Shown: positions 8,047 through 18,909 of the stretch, piece by piece
Layout: the number at the start of each line of letters is the position of its first letter
How positions within the stretch are numbered: the first letter of the stretch is position 1
From: Deltaproteobacteria bacterium
GTDB taxonomy: Bacteria; Myxococcota_A; UBA9160; SMWR01
Direction of reading: 5' to 3'
Assembly (NCBI GenBank): GCA_032128115.1
Contig: JAQBHB010000002.1
Span: forward strand, 5,385-69,384
DNA length: 64,000 nucleotides
Translations under genes and position numbers: made by a program
Notes under the pieces: model-generated
The model's database searches: none
Seen by the model: the letters and a program-made list of their open reading frames with translations, nothing else
What the model was told of the DNA's origin: nothing

Positions 8047-9369
8047 TCAGTCGCCCTCGAACAGCAGGCGCAGCACGTCGATCATGGGCTGCACGTCCGC
8101 ACTGCCCGCCATCTCGCGACAGGAATGCATGGAGAGCATGGGGTTGCCCACGTCCACGGTCGGGATGCCCACCCGCGCAGCGGTGATGGGGCCGAGGGTA
8201 GAGCCGCAGGCCATGTCGTTGCGCGACGCAAAATGCTGTGGGCGCGTGCCCTGGCGCTCGCACAGCGTCGTGAAGAGCCCGACCGTGTGAGCGTCGCTGG
8301 CGTAGGACAGGTTGGCGTTGTGCTTGATCACCGGGCCTCGTCCCAACACGGGCTGGTGTCCAGGTTCGTGCTTCTCGGCGTAGTTCGGATGCACGGCGTG
8401 GGCCATGTCCGCCGACACCAGCAGCGAGCTCGCCAGGGCCCGCGCCAGCCCCTGGGGCTCGCCGCCCTTGAAGCCGGACACCAGCCGCGCAAGCGCGTCG
8501 GTCAGGAGCGTCCCTGCGGCCCCCTGGGCACTGCGGCTGCCCACCTCCTCGTGGTCGAACAGAACCACCACCCGCGTGAAGGCGGGCTCGGGCCCGGGCC
8601 CGGGCGAGGCCGATGCCAGCGCCGTGAGGGCGGCGTGGCACGAGGCCAGATTGTCCAATCGCGAGGCGTGGATGAACTCGCCCCGCAGGCCCGACACCGC
8701 CGCCGGTTGGGTGTCGTAGGCCATGAGATCGAAGGCCAGCACCGCCGCCGGCGAAACGTCGGCGATCGACTGGGCGCGCAGCTCCCCGGCCAGAAGCTCG
8801 CGCAGCGGCGGCGCGTCTTCGAGGCCGGCCACTGGCACCGCGTGCGTCTGGGGATTGAGCTTGAGTCCCTCACTCCGCAGCTCGCGTTGCAGGTGGATGG
8901 CCAGGTTGGGGACGCGCAGCAGCGGGCGCCCGAAGTCGATCAGCAGCGGGCGCAGCGCCCCGGACTCGCGCAGGGTCACGCGCCCGGCGAGAGAGAGGTC
9001 GCGGTCGAACCACGTGTGGAGCAGCAGACCCCCGTAGGGCTCCACGGCCAGCTGGCGATAGCCATGGGCCGTGACGTCCGCCAGCGGCTTGACCCGCAGG
9101 TTCGGAGAATCGGTGTGGGCTCCCACCACCCGGAAGCCGCCGTCCACCGGCGACACGGCCCCCACCTGGAAGGCCACCAGACTGCCCCCGCCCCGCACCA
9201 CGTAGCGGCGCTCGCCGGGCGAGAGGTCCCACGTCTCGGACTCGGCCGCTTCCTGGTAGCCGACGTCGCGCAGTCGCCGCACGGCCTCGGCCACCGCGTG
9301 GTAGGGCGTGGGCGAACGATCGATGAAGCGCAGCAGATCCGCCACTGCGTCGGACATGGCGAGCAGCAT
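8047..9369 (-). CDS. M18 family aminopeptidase (aspartyl aminopeptidase-like)
   Basis: Inner ATG of ORF 8047..9465. Contains ...FIDRSPTPYHAV...GAHTDSPNLRVKP...VVLFDHEEVGS...ADMAHAVHPNY...GSTLGPI...VDVGNPMLSMHS. Confidence 0.85.
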   Translation of the reverse strand: MLLAMSDAVADLLRFIDRSPTPYHAVAEAVRRLRDVGYQEAAESETWDLSPGERRYVVRGGGSLVAFQVGAVSPVDGGFRVVGAHTDSPNLRVKPLADVTAHGYRQLAVEPYGGLLLHTWFDRDLSLAGRVTLRESGALRPLLIDFGRPLLRVPNLAIHLQRELRSEGLKLNPQTHAVPVAGLEDAPPLRELLAGELRAQSIADVSPAAVLAFDLMAYDTQPAAVSGLRGEFIHASRLDNLASCHAALTALASASPGPGPEPAFTRVVVLFDHEEVGSRSAQGAAGTLLTDALARLVSGFKGGEPQGLARALASSLLVSADMAHAVHPNYAEKHEPGHQPVLGRGPVIKHNANLSYASDAHTVGLFTTLCERQGTRPQHFASRNDMACGSTLGPITAARVGIPTVDVGNPMLSMHSCREMAGSADVQPMIDVLRLLFEGD

Positions 9370-9382
9370 ACCGCAGCCCGGG

Positions 9383-10849
<1,467 letters not shown>

Positions 10850-10911
10850 GCCCCGCCCCCCCGGCGTCGGATTGTCGAGAGATTGCGACCGCCGTCAAGG
10901 GCGGCGCCCGG

Positions 10912-10983
10912 CCCGTACTATCCTGACCCCCGTACTACCCTGACCTGACCCCCGTACTACCCTGACCCCCGTACTATCCTGAC
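10912..10983. repeat. Four tandem copies of a 16-17 bp unit CCCCGTACTA(Y)CCTGAC
   Basis: Read directly. Units lie at 10912-10927, 10928-10944 (plus an extra ctgac), 10950-10966 and 10967-10983. The array ends 5 nt before the GTG at 10989. Confidence 0.95.
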
Positions 10984-10988
10984 CCGCC

Positions 10989-12914
10989 GTGGGGCAAGGC
11001 AGCGACGGGCGCGTCTGGTGGGGGATCGGCCTCTCGCTGGCGCTGGCGTACACAGCACTCGCCGCGGCCTCGCCCCTGGCGGTGGGCATCTGGCAGGACG
11101 ACGCGATCTACGTGGTGACCGGCAGGGCGCTGGCCGCTGGCGAGGGCTACCGCCACGAAGAACTCGCGAGCCGTCCGCTCCAGACCAAGTACCCCATTCT
11201 GTACCCCGCCGTGCTCGCGCTCTCGTTCCGCGCATCACCGGATTTCCCCGGGAACCGGGCGCTGTGGATGGCGCCCACGGCCCTGTCCGCTGCTGCGTTG
11301 GTGGTGCTGTCGATGCTCTACTGCCGCGCCGCCTTCCGATTTGGCCGCCGCGAGATCCTTGTCCTGAGCGGATTCGCCGCGGCGGCACCGGCCCTGGTGG
11401 CCTTCGTCCGCTACCCGATGAGCGATCTGGTATACGGCGCGCTGGCGGTCGCAGCGCTCGTGTGTCTCGACGTGCGTCGCGAATCGGCGCCGAGCCGGGC
11501 GAGCGCCCTGGGTTGGACGGCGCTGGGAGGGTTGCTGGTGGGCCTGGCCGTGCTGACGCGCAGTATCGGCGTCTCGCTGGCATTCGCGGCCGTGGTCCTG
11601 CCCCTGGTGCAACGGCGCCTGGCCCACGCGGGCGTCGCGGCGCTGGCCCTCGCGGTCTGCGCCGGACCCTGGTGGATCTGGCAGGCCTGGGCAGCGGGCC
11701 AGAATGGCGACCTGCAGTCCGGGTTGCTGGAGGGCAGCGACCTCTCCTACGCCCTCTGGATCCCGCCGAACCTCGGCGAGCCGTTGCGCATCGTCGCCCA
11801 CAACCTGCTGCGAAGCGCGGTCGGCCTGGCGCACTTCCAGCTGGCCTTTCCCCGCGCTTTCGTGGGCTCGGCACTGGCGGGCGACACCACCGCGTGGATG
11901 CACGTGCTGGTGTGGCCCCTGGTGCTGGCGCTGCTCGTCGGCTTCGCGCGCAGCCTACGCCACGGCGTTCGCACCCTGCACGTGTACGCAATCGCCTACG
12001 CCGGCATGGTCCTGGTGTGGCCCTTCGAGCCGTACCGATTCCTGTTGCCCTGGACCCCGTTTCTCCTGGCGTTCCTGGGATGGGGCCTGCTTCTGCCGGG
12101 TCGCGGCCGCCTTCTCGCCGTCGCGGCGGCCGCGACACTCGCCGTGCTGTTTGCGGTGGAGGACGGGCGTCTGCTCGCGTCGAGCGACGAGCGCTACTAC
12201 CTGCGCGAGCGCTTGCCCGGCGTGGATCTCGTCGAGGTCGAAGCGCTCGAGCGCTGGATCGGCGCCAATACACCCGAATCCGCCGTGATCGCCTCGGCGT
12301 GGCCGGCCCGCTTCTACCTCACCACGGGTCGCCGCGGCGTGGTGACCTGGCCCGACCGCGACCCCTACACGCGCTACTACGGTCGGGACCGGAGCACCTG
12401 GACCTTCACCGCCGTCCCGGCGCGATCCGAGACGATTGCCATGGCGCGCGACATGCGAGCCCACTGGCGCGACGCCTGGCAGGGCGCGGGCGTCAGCCAC
12501 TACGTGGAGTCGCGCGACATGCGCGACGCCCTGGTGTTTGCAGCGAGCGTGCGCGGCCCCTCGAAGGCATTCGAGGAGATGTATGAGACACCCGGAGAAG
12601 GCTTCCGCGTCTACCGGATCGATTGGGACGTACAGGACAGTGAAGGCGTTTCAGGCGCCGGCGTGCCGCGTGAGTCCGCGCAGGAACAGGTCGATGGCGT
12701 CGTCGAAGACACGATCCAGCCGGCGACGCCGCAGGCGCCGGCGCTGAGCGGATCGCTCGGTCTGGATGATCCCGTTGGCCAGGGTCCACAGGATGTTGGC
12801 AGTCTCCCAGGGGTCGTAATCGAGAAACACGCCTTCACGGACGCCCTCTTCGATGATCTGGGCCAGCATCCGCAGGTTGCGCTCCCACAGGCAGGTCACC
12901 TGTTCCACCAGTGA
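10989..12914 (+). CDS. Polytopic membrane protein, GT-C/ArnT-PMT-like glycosyltransferase candidate
   Basis: 641-aa ORF. The N-terminal two thirds is strongly hydrophobic, with a first-loop WQDDAIYVV motif (DxxxY-like as in ArnT/PMT), followed by a soluble C-terminal domain. The last ~88 codons are antisense to the TetR gene. Start and end are both uncertain. Confidence 0.55.
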   Translation: MGQGSDGRVWWGIGLSLALAYTALAAASPLAVGIWQDDAIYVVTGRALAAGEGYRHEELASRPLQTKYPILYPAVLALSFRASPDFPGNRALWMAPTALSAAALVVLSMLYCRAAFRFGRREILVLSGFAAAAPALVAFVRYPMSDLVYGALAVAALVCLDVRRESAPSRASALGWTALGGLLVGLAVLTRSIGVSLAFAAVVLPLVQRRLAHAGVAALALAVCAGPWWIWQAWAAGQNGDLQSGLLEGSDLSYALWIPPNLGEPLRIVAHNLLRSAVGLAHFQLAFPRAFVGSALAGDTTAWMHVLVWPLVLALLVGFARSLRHGVRTLHVYAIAYAGMVLVWPFEPYRFLLPWTPFLLAFLGWGLLLPGRGRLLAVAAAATLAVLFAVEDGRLLASSDERYYLRERLPGVDLVEVEALERWIGANTPESAVIASAWPARFYLTTGRRGVVTWPDRDPYTRYYGRDRSTWTFTAVPARSETIAMARDMRAHWRDAWQGAGVSHYVESRDMRDALVFAASVRGPSKAFEEMYETPGEGFRVYRIDWDVQDSEGVSGAGVPRESAQEQVDGVVEDTIQPATPQAPALSGSLGLDDPVGQGPQDVGSLPGVVIEKHAFTDALFDDLGQHPQVALPQAGHLFHQ

Positions 12915-13319
12915 CGCGGGGATCTCGCCGATCACCGACTGGTTCTCGATGGCCCAGAAGATCTGGAAGTAGTCCGGGTTCTCGATGTAATGGCGAAAGT
13001 AGAAACGACTCGCCCGGCGGAGCTTCTCCACGGGCGAGAGCCCCGGACCCAGGGCGCCCTTGAATTTCTCGTCGAAGATCTCGCCATTGTGGCTGAGGAT
13101 GGCCACGTAGAGTTCGGCCTTGCTGTCGAAATAGCGGTAGAGGGTGCCCTTGGCGACGCCGGCCTTGTCGGCCACCTCGTCCAGATTGGCATTCATGAAG
13201 CCGTCGCGGAAGAAGACCTCCTTGGCGGCTTCCAGGATGCGGCGGTGCGACTCGGCCTTCTTCTGCACCCGGCGCTGGCCGCCCGTGGGCAGGGGCGAGC
13301 CGGTTCTAACCTGTACCAC
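12651..13319 (-). CDS. TetR/AcrR family transcriptional regulator, last gene of the FAS-like operon
   Basis: HRRILEAAKEVFFRDGFMNANLDEVADKAGVAKGTLYRYFDSKAELY is the canonical TetR HTH. Its start overlaps the carboxylase stop by 14 nt. Confidence 0.9.
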   Translation of the reverse strand: MVQVRTGSPLPTGGQRRVQKKAESHRRILEAAKEVFFRDGFMNANLDEVADKAGVAKGTLYRYFDSKAELYVAILSHNGEIFDEKFKGALGPGLSPVEKLRRASRFYFRHYIENPDYFQIFWAIENQSVIGEIPASLVEQVTCLWERNLRMLAQIIEEGVREGVFLDYDPWETANILWTLANGIIQTERSAQRRRLRRRRLDRVFDDAIDLFLRGLTRHAGA

Positions 13320-16300
13320 GAACCAGCTCGGCGATCAGGTAGGGCCTCATGTCTTCGGGTTCCACGAGGGTTTCCAGGGAGCCCACCTCGCGGGCTCGCT
13401 CCACAGTGTGAACTCCATCGAACTCCGTGGCCAGCTCCGATTGCTTCTCCAGGTAGACCTTCCTCCAGGTCTTCTCCCACTCCGGGGAAGCGCCGCCACT
13501 CTCGGGGCGCCGGGCCGCCTGGCGTAGCGCCTCGATCCGAGGATCGGAGGCGGTCCGGGCCCGCACCTCGCGTCCCAGCACCACGGCGGCCGCGGGAGCG
13601 CCGCCGATCACCGAGGCGTAGGAGCCGGTCAGGGCCGCCGCGTGGAGGCTCTCGTTGAGCGCACGCGAGAAGACCACGTAGGCGCCGCCGTGGTAGCGGG
13701 ACACCACCAGGAAGAGCAACGGCCCCTCGAAGTTCACCACCGCGCGGGCGATCTCCGCCCCGTATTCGAGCTGCCGCTTGCGCATGGACTCGGGCGAGCC
13801 ATCGAAGCCGGAGAGGTTGGCCAGGATCACCACCGGGCGGTTGCCGCTGGCGGCGTTCAGGGCCCGGGCCACCTTCTTCGAGGACTGGGGGAACAGGGTG
13901 CCGCCCGACCAGGCCGTGGGGCCGTCTGCCGGGCGGTAGCCCGACCGCGGCAGGGTCCGGCTCTCGATGCCGATCAGGCTGACCGGTCGACCGCCCAGGT
14001 GGGTGTCCCAGACGATGGCCGTCTCGGCCCCGGCCCAGCCGCGCCAGCGCTCCAGGAAGCCGCCGTCGTGATCCACCACCGACTGCATCACGGCGCGCAT
14101 GGAGAAGGGTCGTTTGCGGCCCGGGTTGGTGTCGGCATCGAAGATCTCGCCCACGCTCTCGAAGGGATGATCCTCCTCCGACGCACACGCGAATTCCGTC
14201 ACCAGGCGCTGGCTGGGATCGGCGGTGACGTGGGCGCGTGGCCCCTTCTCACCCGGCACCACATAGGTGTAGCGATAGTGCTCGTATAGGGTTCGATAGG
14301 CGTCCACCAGATCGCGGGCGAAGTACTGGGCCTCGCCGTTGGGACCCATCACACGTTCGTAGCCGCCGATCGCCACCTCATCTTCGGCCGACACGGATCC
14401 CGAAGCCTCCAGCGCCGCACGCCCCGTGAGCACCATGGAGGCTCCGGGGGTCATGATGAGGCAGCCCCGGGTGTGTTGGAGCATGGTGGCCAGGGCGTTG
14501 AAGTAGCTCTGGGCGCCCACGTTGACGCCGGCCACGATCACGTGGATCACGCCACCCGATTCGGTAAACGTGATGATGCGGCGGGCCACGCGCGCCGTGG
14601 CGTCCAGGTTCTCGGTGCCGCTGTCCATGGCGATGCGCGCGCCGCTGGACACGGGCACCCACTCCAGCGGCAGGCCGCTCTGCTCCGCCAGGTCGATCGC
14701 GGCCACGATGCGATCGCACTCGGCCGCCGCCAGCGAGCCCATGCTCACCGTGGGGTCCGAGAGCACGAGCACGCGCTGGATACCTTCCGGGACCTTTTCG
14801 GTGGGCGTCGAGAGGATGCCCATCACGATCGAACAGTCGTTCATCCCATAGGGGCGCCCGGCGACGCTCACGGCCGTCGGGTGCCCGCACGTCGGGTCCA
14901 GATCGAACTCCTCGAACTCGCCCGCCGGGAGCTGGCCGGCCTTCTCGTCACGCGCCACGCCCTGACCGCCCGGCGTCCCGGTGAGAAGCCGAACGATCTC
15001 GTAGGGGTAGAGCAGACGCCGGCGCCGGGCCTTCACCACGTTGCGCTCGTAGTCTCGGGCGGGAACCAGGGGATCACTGTGCACGTCGCGCCACGAGAGT
15101 TCCATATGGCTGCCCGTGGGATCGGAAATCACGACCTCGAGGGAACGCGGCGGTCGGGTGGGCTCGGCGCGATCGAGCACGTTCAGGCGCACCACCACCT
15201 TCTCCAGGCCCAGGTGGCGTGTGGCCGGCGCCAGGCGGCGCGCCAGGCGCTGCACCAGGTCGTCGTCCAGGAACAGGCTCGGGGACACGAACAACGCGAT
15301 GCGATTCCACTGCAGACGCCGGCGCGGGTCGCGCAGGCCCAGGTGGTTTCGCAGCGTGCGCGTCGCCTCGAAGAAGGCGCGCTCGAAGGCCGGCACGTGC
15401 AGCTGCGCCTCGTTTCCGGCGTCGGGTGAGCGACCCCGCACATCGGCAAGCACGAAGATGCGTTCGTCTCCGGGCACGTCAGGACTGCCCAGGTGGAAGC
15501 AGACGATTTCGTCCGGCGCCTCGAGCCGCTCCAGATCGAAGGCGCGCAGGCGGTCCAGGTCGATGCGCGCCGCGGTCTCCGGGTGCAGGCCGTGGAGGCC
15601 CGCGATCGGCACGAGGGGTCCCCCGGGACCCATGTAGCTGGAATGAACCGGGCGACCGTCTTCGGGCAGGTGCGACACGGTCAGGCGCTCGGCCGGGAGT
15701 CCGGAGGCCAGCACCGGCGCCAGGCTGTCGCGCAGTTCGGTCTCGTCGGGCACGGGCCCGGGCACCAGAAGCTCGATGGCGTGGACCTGACTGTGCCCCC
15801 GGCTCTGGGCTGCGGCGCGGGCGGCGCGCGACAGGCGCTCGAGCGCCGGAATCATCTCCTCTCGGCTGGCCACGCTGCCAAGCACCGTGCGGCCGTCGTG
15901 CAGGTCGATGCGCTCCACGTGCACCGTGCCAAGCACGCCGGAAGTGTGGCTCTCCAGCGCGGCCGGCGCGTAGAGCCGACACACGTGCGCCGCCACCGCC
16001 ACCGCGCGCCGGCGCGGATCCTCCTCTACCAGCCAACGGCCCGCGCGATCGAAAACGCTCTGGGGCGACGCCGCCAGGTGAACCAGCACGGCGGCGGGCG
16101 GCGGCGTGGGTGCCGACTCGGCGGCGGCCAGCCAGGCCTCCACCTCCTTGGTGGTGCGGCGCGCCTCGTTTTCCAGCTTCGGCCCTTCGAAGATGGCGTA
16201 ACCCGCCTCGATGGCGACGTCCGCCAGGGCGTCGGGCACCAGGCCGCGCATACCGGCGGTGAGCGAGAGCACCTCGGAGAGCGACTCGTCGTCGGACAGG

Positions 16301-18909
16301 TGGATCCCCGATGCGGCCAGCTCGTGGATGCGCCGGATGATTCCCAGGGCCAACCGATGGCGAAGCTCAGGCGACAGCTGCGACGCCAGCAAGCGCAGCA
16401 CCGCGCGTTCGAGGGGATCGTCGTGGCGAAGGCTCGACACCTGGTAGTGGGCGAGTGACCGGCCCAGCATCTCGACGAATTCGGCGGACTGCCCGGGGGT
16501 GCCAGCCGACATGTGGCGCAGCCAGCCGCGGAGCTGCGCGTGATTCGACGGCCCCGGGTTGCCGCCCAGTGCGGCCTGGGGCGCACGCATGAACAGGCGC
16601 GTGACATCGGTGAACAGGCGCAGCTCGTGGCGCATCTCGGCCATCTCCCACCGGAAGGCCTCCGAGAGCCCGTCCGGGAGCGGAGCCTCCAGGAACGCGG
16701 CGAGCTTCTCGCCGCGCTGGGGGTTCACGTCGTAGCCCATCACGATGCGCCGGATCTCGCTGCGAGCGGTGCGGATGGCGGCACGTCGCGCCTCGGTGTC
16801 GGCGCGATCGGCGGCATGAAGATCGGCGATGCCCTCGTTCTTCCGGGAGAAGAACAGATCGAGGGGATCCGGCTCGCTGGGCAGCTCCAGGCGATATTCG
16901 CCCGCCGTGCCATTGGCATCGGCGCTTTCCGCGGCGATCAGCAGGATCAGCTCACCTGCCGCCACCTGCTGGCCGCGAGCCACCACCAGTTCCTTGACGA
17001 CGCCGCTCACCGGCGCATCGAAGCCGATCTCCATCTTCATGGCTTCGAGCAGTCCCAGACATTGACCGGCCTCCACGCGATCGCCGGGCTTGACGTGCAG
17101 CGCGACCACCACCGCCGGCGTACCGGCCCGCACCTGGCCGGCCAGGTCCGTGCCGAAGCGATAGGGGCGCCCCTCCACCTCGACGCGCAGGCCGCGCTCC
17201 GAAACGTCGTGCAGCACGCGCAGGCTGCGTCCCCCCGTCTCCAGGGTGGCGCGGTGATCCCCCTCGGCGCGCAGGGTGGCGGTGACCACGCGACCTTCCA
17301 GATGGATGCGATAACGCCAGGCGCCCACCGCGAAGACTTCGAGGCGGTAGCTCTCGCCCCGGTGCGTGAGATCCACACGCTGCCCCTTGGAAGCCGGCAG
17401 CGAGGCCGGTGACAGGTTGCTGGGATCGGCGAAGAAGCCGCGCCGCGCCGCGTCGCGGGTTCGCTGGTAGGCGAGGATCGACGCGGCCACCAGCGCTTCG
17501 ACCTCGTGCGCACGGGTGCCGGAACGAAGCTCCGGCGAAGCGTCCAGCCACCCGATGTCGAGCTCTGCGGCGCGATACGGCGGGCTCTCCAGCAGGTCGA
17601 TCAGGAAGCCCTTGTTGGAGGCGCCGCCCTCCACCACCAGCTCGAAGTCCGTGAGCGCCGCCACCAGACGCGCTCGCGCCTCATCGCGGGTGTCGCCTGT
17701 GGCGATCACCTTGGCGATCAGGGAGTCGAATTCGGCGGGCACTCGCGAGCCGGCGGCGACCCCCGTGTCCACGCGGATGCGCGGGCCCATGGCCGGATCG
17801 AAACGACCGATCCGCCCCGGCGCCGGCATGAACTCGGATTGCGGATCCTCGGCGCAGACGCGGGCCTCGATGGCGAACATCGGGCGGGGCTTCAGATCGA
17901 GAGGCAGCGCCTCACCTCGAGCGATCCGGATCTGGAGCTGCACCAGATCCACGTTCCAGATCTCCTCGCTGATGCCGTGCTCCACCTGGAGACGCGGATT
18001 CACCTCCAGGAACCAGAATTCGCCCCCCGACACCAGGAACTCCACGGTTCCCACACCGGTGTACGCGATGCTCTCCGCAAGCCGCACGGCCGCCCGCTCG
18101 ATCGACGCCAGCAGGCGCTTCGGCAGGCCGCTGGGAGGCGCCTCCTCGAGGATCTTCTGGTGACGTCGCTGCACCGAGCAGTCGCGACAGCCCAGGGCGA
18201 TCACGTGGCCGTGCTGATCGCCGGCGATCTGCACCTCCACGTGGCGACCGCCGGAGAGCTTCCGCTCCAGCAACAGCGTGGAATCGCCGAAAGCCGACAG
18301 GCCCTCGGCCGAGGCGGAAGCGAACGCGCTTTCGATCTGCTCTTCGCTCTCCACCACCCGCATGCCACGGCCACCGCCGCCGGACGCGGCCTTCAAGATC
18401 ACCGGGAAGCCGATCCTGCGGGCGGCGCGCGCCGCCGACGCCGCATCCGCCACGGCGCCGTCGCTCCACGGAATCACGGGAAGCCCGGCGCGCTCGGCCA
18501 GCTGCTTGCCGCCCACCTTGTCGCCCACCGCGCGCATCACGTCGCCGGTGGGTCCCAGGAAGCGCATGCCTTCGGCCACTACCCGATCCGCGAACCCGGA
18601 ATCCTCGGCGGCGAACCCCCAACCGGGCCACACCGCGTCGGCCCGGACGTCTCGCAGGGTGTGGATCAGGGGCTCGACGTCCAGATAGGCGCGCACCGGA
18701 CCGCGAGGCGCTTCCAGGCGAACGGCGCGATCGGCGTGGCGCACGTACGGAGCCTCGCGGTCCGCGTCCGTATACAGGGCCACGCACTCGAGCGACGAGC
18801 CCTCGAGAGCGCGCAGGGCCTTCACGGCGCGAATACAGCGCATGGCCGCCTCGCCGCGATTCGTGATGGCCAGGCGTTCGATGGCTTGGATCTTCGGACG
18901 TCGGCTCAC
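13306..18909 (-). CDS. Single-chain multidomain acyl-CoA carboxylase (biotin carboxylase - BCCP - long linker - carboxyltransferase), LCC-like
   Basis: 1,867 aa. The N-terminal ATP-grasp biotin carboxylase reads IERLAITNRGEAAMRCIRA...GGGGRGMRVV...EVNPRLQVEH. The biotinyl motif is LEAMKMEIGF (Lys codon at 17035-17037). The C-terminal carboxyltransferase reads VGAQSYFNALATML...ILANLSGFDGSPESMRKRQLEYGAEIARAVVNFEGPLLFLVVSRYHGGAYVVFS. Confidence 0.9.
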   Translation of the reverse strand: MSRRPKIQAIERLAITNRGEAAMRCIRAVKALRALEGSSLECVALYTDADREAPYVRHADRAVRLEAPRGPVRAYLDVEPLIHTLRDVRADAVWPGWGFAAEDSGFADRVVAEGMRFLGPTGDVMRAVGDKVGGKQLAERAGLPVIPWSDGAVADAASAARAARRIGFPVILKAASGGGGRGMRVVESEEQIESAFASASAEGLSAFGDSTLLLERKLSGGRHVEVQIAGDQHGHVIALGCRDCSVQRRHQKILEEAPPSGLPKRLLASIERAAVRLAESIAYTGVGTVEFLVSGGEFWFLEVNPRLQVEHGISEEIWNVDLVQLQIRIARGEALPLDLKPRPMFAIEARVCAEDPQSEFMPAPGRIGRFDPAMGPRIRVDTGVAAGSRVPAEFDSLIAKVIATGDTRDEARARLVAALTDFELVVEGGASNKGFLIDLLESPPYRAAELDIGWLDASPELRSGTRAHEVEALVAASILAYQRTRDAARRGFFADPSNLSPASLPASKGQRVDLTHRGESYRLEVFAVGAWRYRIHLEGRVVTATLRAEGDHRATLETGGRSLRVLHDVSERGLRVEVEGRPYRFGTDLAGQVRAGTPAVVVALHVKPGDRVEAGQCLGLLEAMKMEIGFDAPVSGVVKELVVARGQQVAAGELILLIAAESADANGTAGEYRLELPSEPDPLDLFFSRKNEGIADLHAADRADTEARRAAIRTARSEIRRIVMGYDVNPQRGEKLAAFLEAPLPDGLSEAFRWEMAEMRHELRLFTDVTRLFMRAPQAALGGNPGPSNHAQLRGWLRHMSAGTPGQSAEFVEMLGRSLAHYQVSSLRHDDPLERAVLRLLASQLSPELRHRLALGIIRRIHELAASGIHLSDDESLSEVLSLTAGMRGLVPDALADVAIEAGYAIFEGPKLENEARRTTKEVEAWLAAAESAPTPPPAAVLVHLAASPQSVFDRAGRWLVEEDPRRRAVAVAAHVCRLYAPAALESHTSGVLGTVHVERIDLHDGRTVLGSVASREEMIPALERLSRAARAAAQSRGHSQVHAIELLVPGPVPDETELRDSLAPVLASGLPAERLTVSHLPEDGRPVHSSYMGPGGPLVPIAGLHGLHPETAARIDLDRLRAFDLERLEAPDEIVCFHLGSPDVPGDERIFVLADVRGRSPDAGNEAQLHVPAFERAFFEATRTLRNHLGLRDPRRRLQWNRIALFVSPSLFLDDDLVQRLARRLAPATRHLGLEKVVVRLNVLDRAEPTRPPRSLEVVISDPTGSHMELSWRDVHSDPLVPARDYERNVVKARRRRLLYPYEIVRLLTGTPGGQGVARDEKAGQLPAGEFEEFDLDPTCGHPTAVSVAGRPYGMNDCSIVMGILSTPTEKVPEGIQRVLVLSDPTVSMGSLAAAECDRIVAAIDLAEQSGLPLEWVPVSSGARIAMDSGTENLDATARVARRIITFTESGGVIHVIVAGVNVGAQSYFNALATMLQHTRGCLIMTPGASMVLTGRAALEASGSVSAEDEVAIGGYERVMGPNGEAQYFARDLVDAYRTLYEHYRYTYVVPGEKGPRAHVTADPSQRLVTEFACASEEDHPFESVGEIFDADTNPGRKRPFSMRAVMQSVVDHDGGFLERWRGWAGAETAIVWDTHLGGRPVSLIGIESRTLPRSGYRPADGPTAWSGGTLFPQSSKKVARALNAASGNRPVVILANLSGFDGSPESMRKRQLEYGAEIARAVVNFEGPLLFLVVSRYHGGAYVVFSRALNESLHAAALTGSYASVIGGAPAAAVVLGREVRARTASDPRIEALRQAARRPESGGASPEWEKTWRKVYLEKQSELATEFDGVHTVERAREVGSLETLVEPEDMRPYLIAELVRGTG

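Noticed and set aside
10912-10983. The tandem repeats here and at 30548-30597 were considered as a possible mini-CRISPR array.
   Set aside because: The units are 16-18 bp with no unique spacers between them, there are only 3-4 copies, and no cas genes are present in the window.
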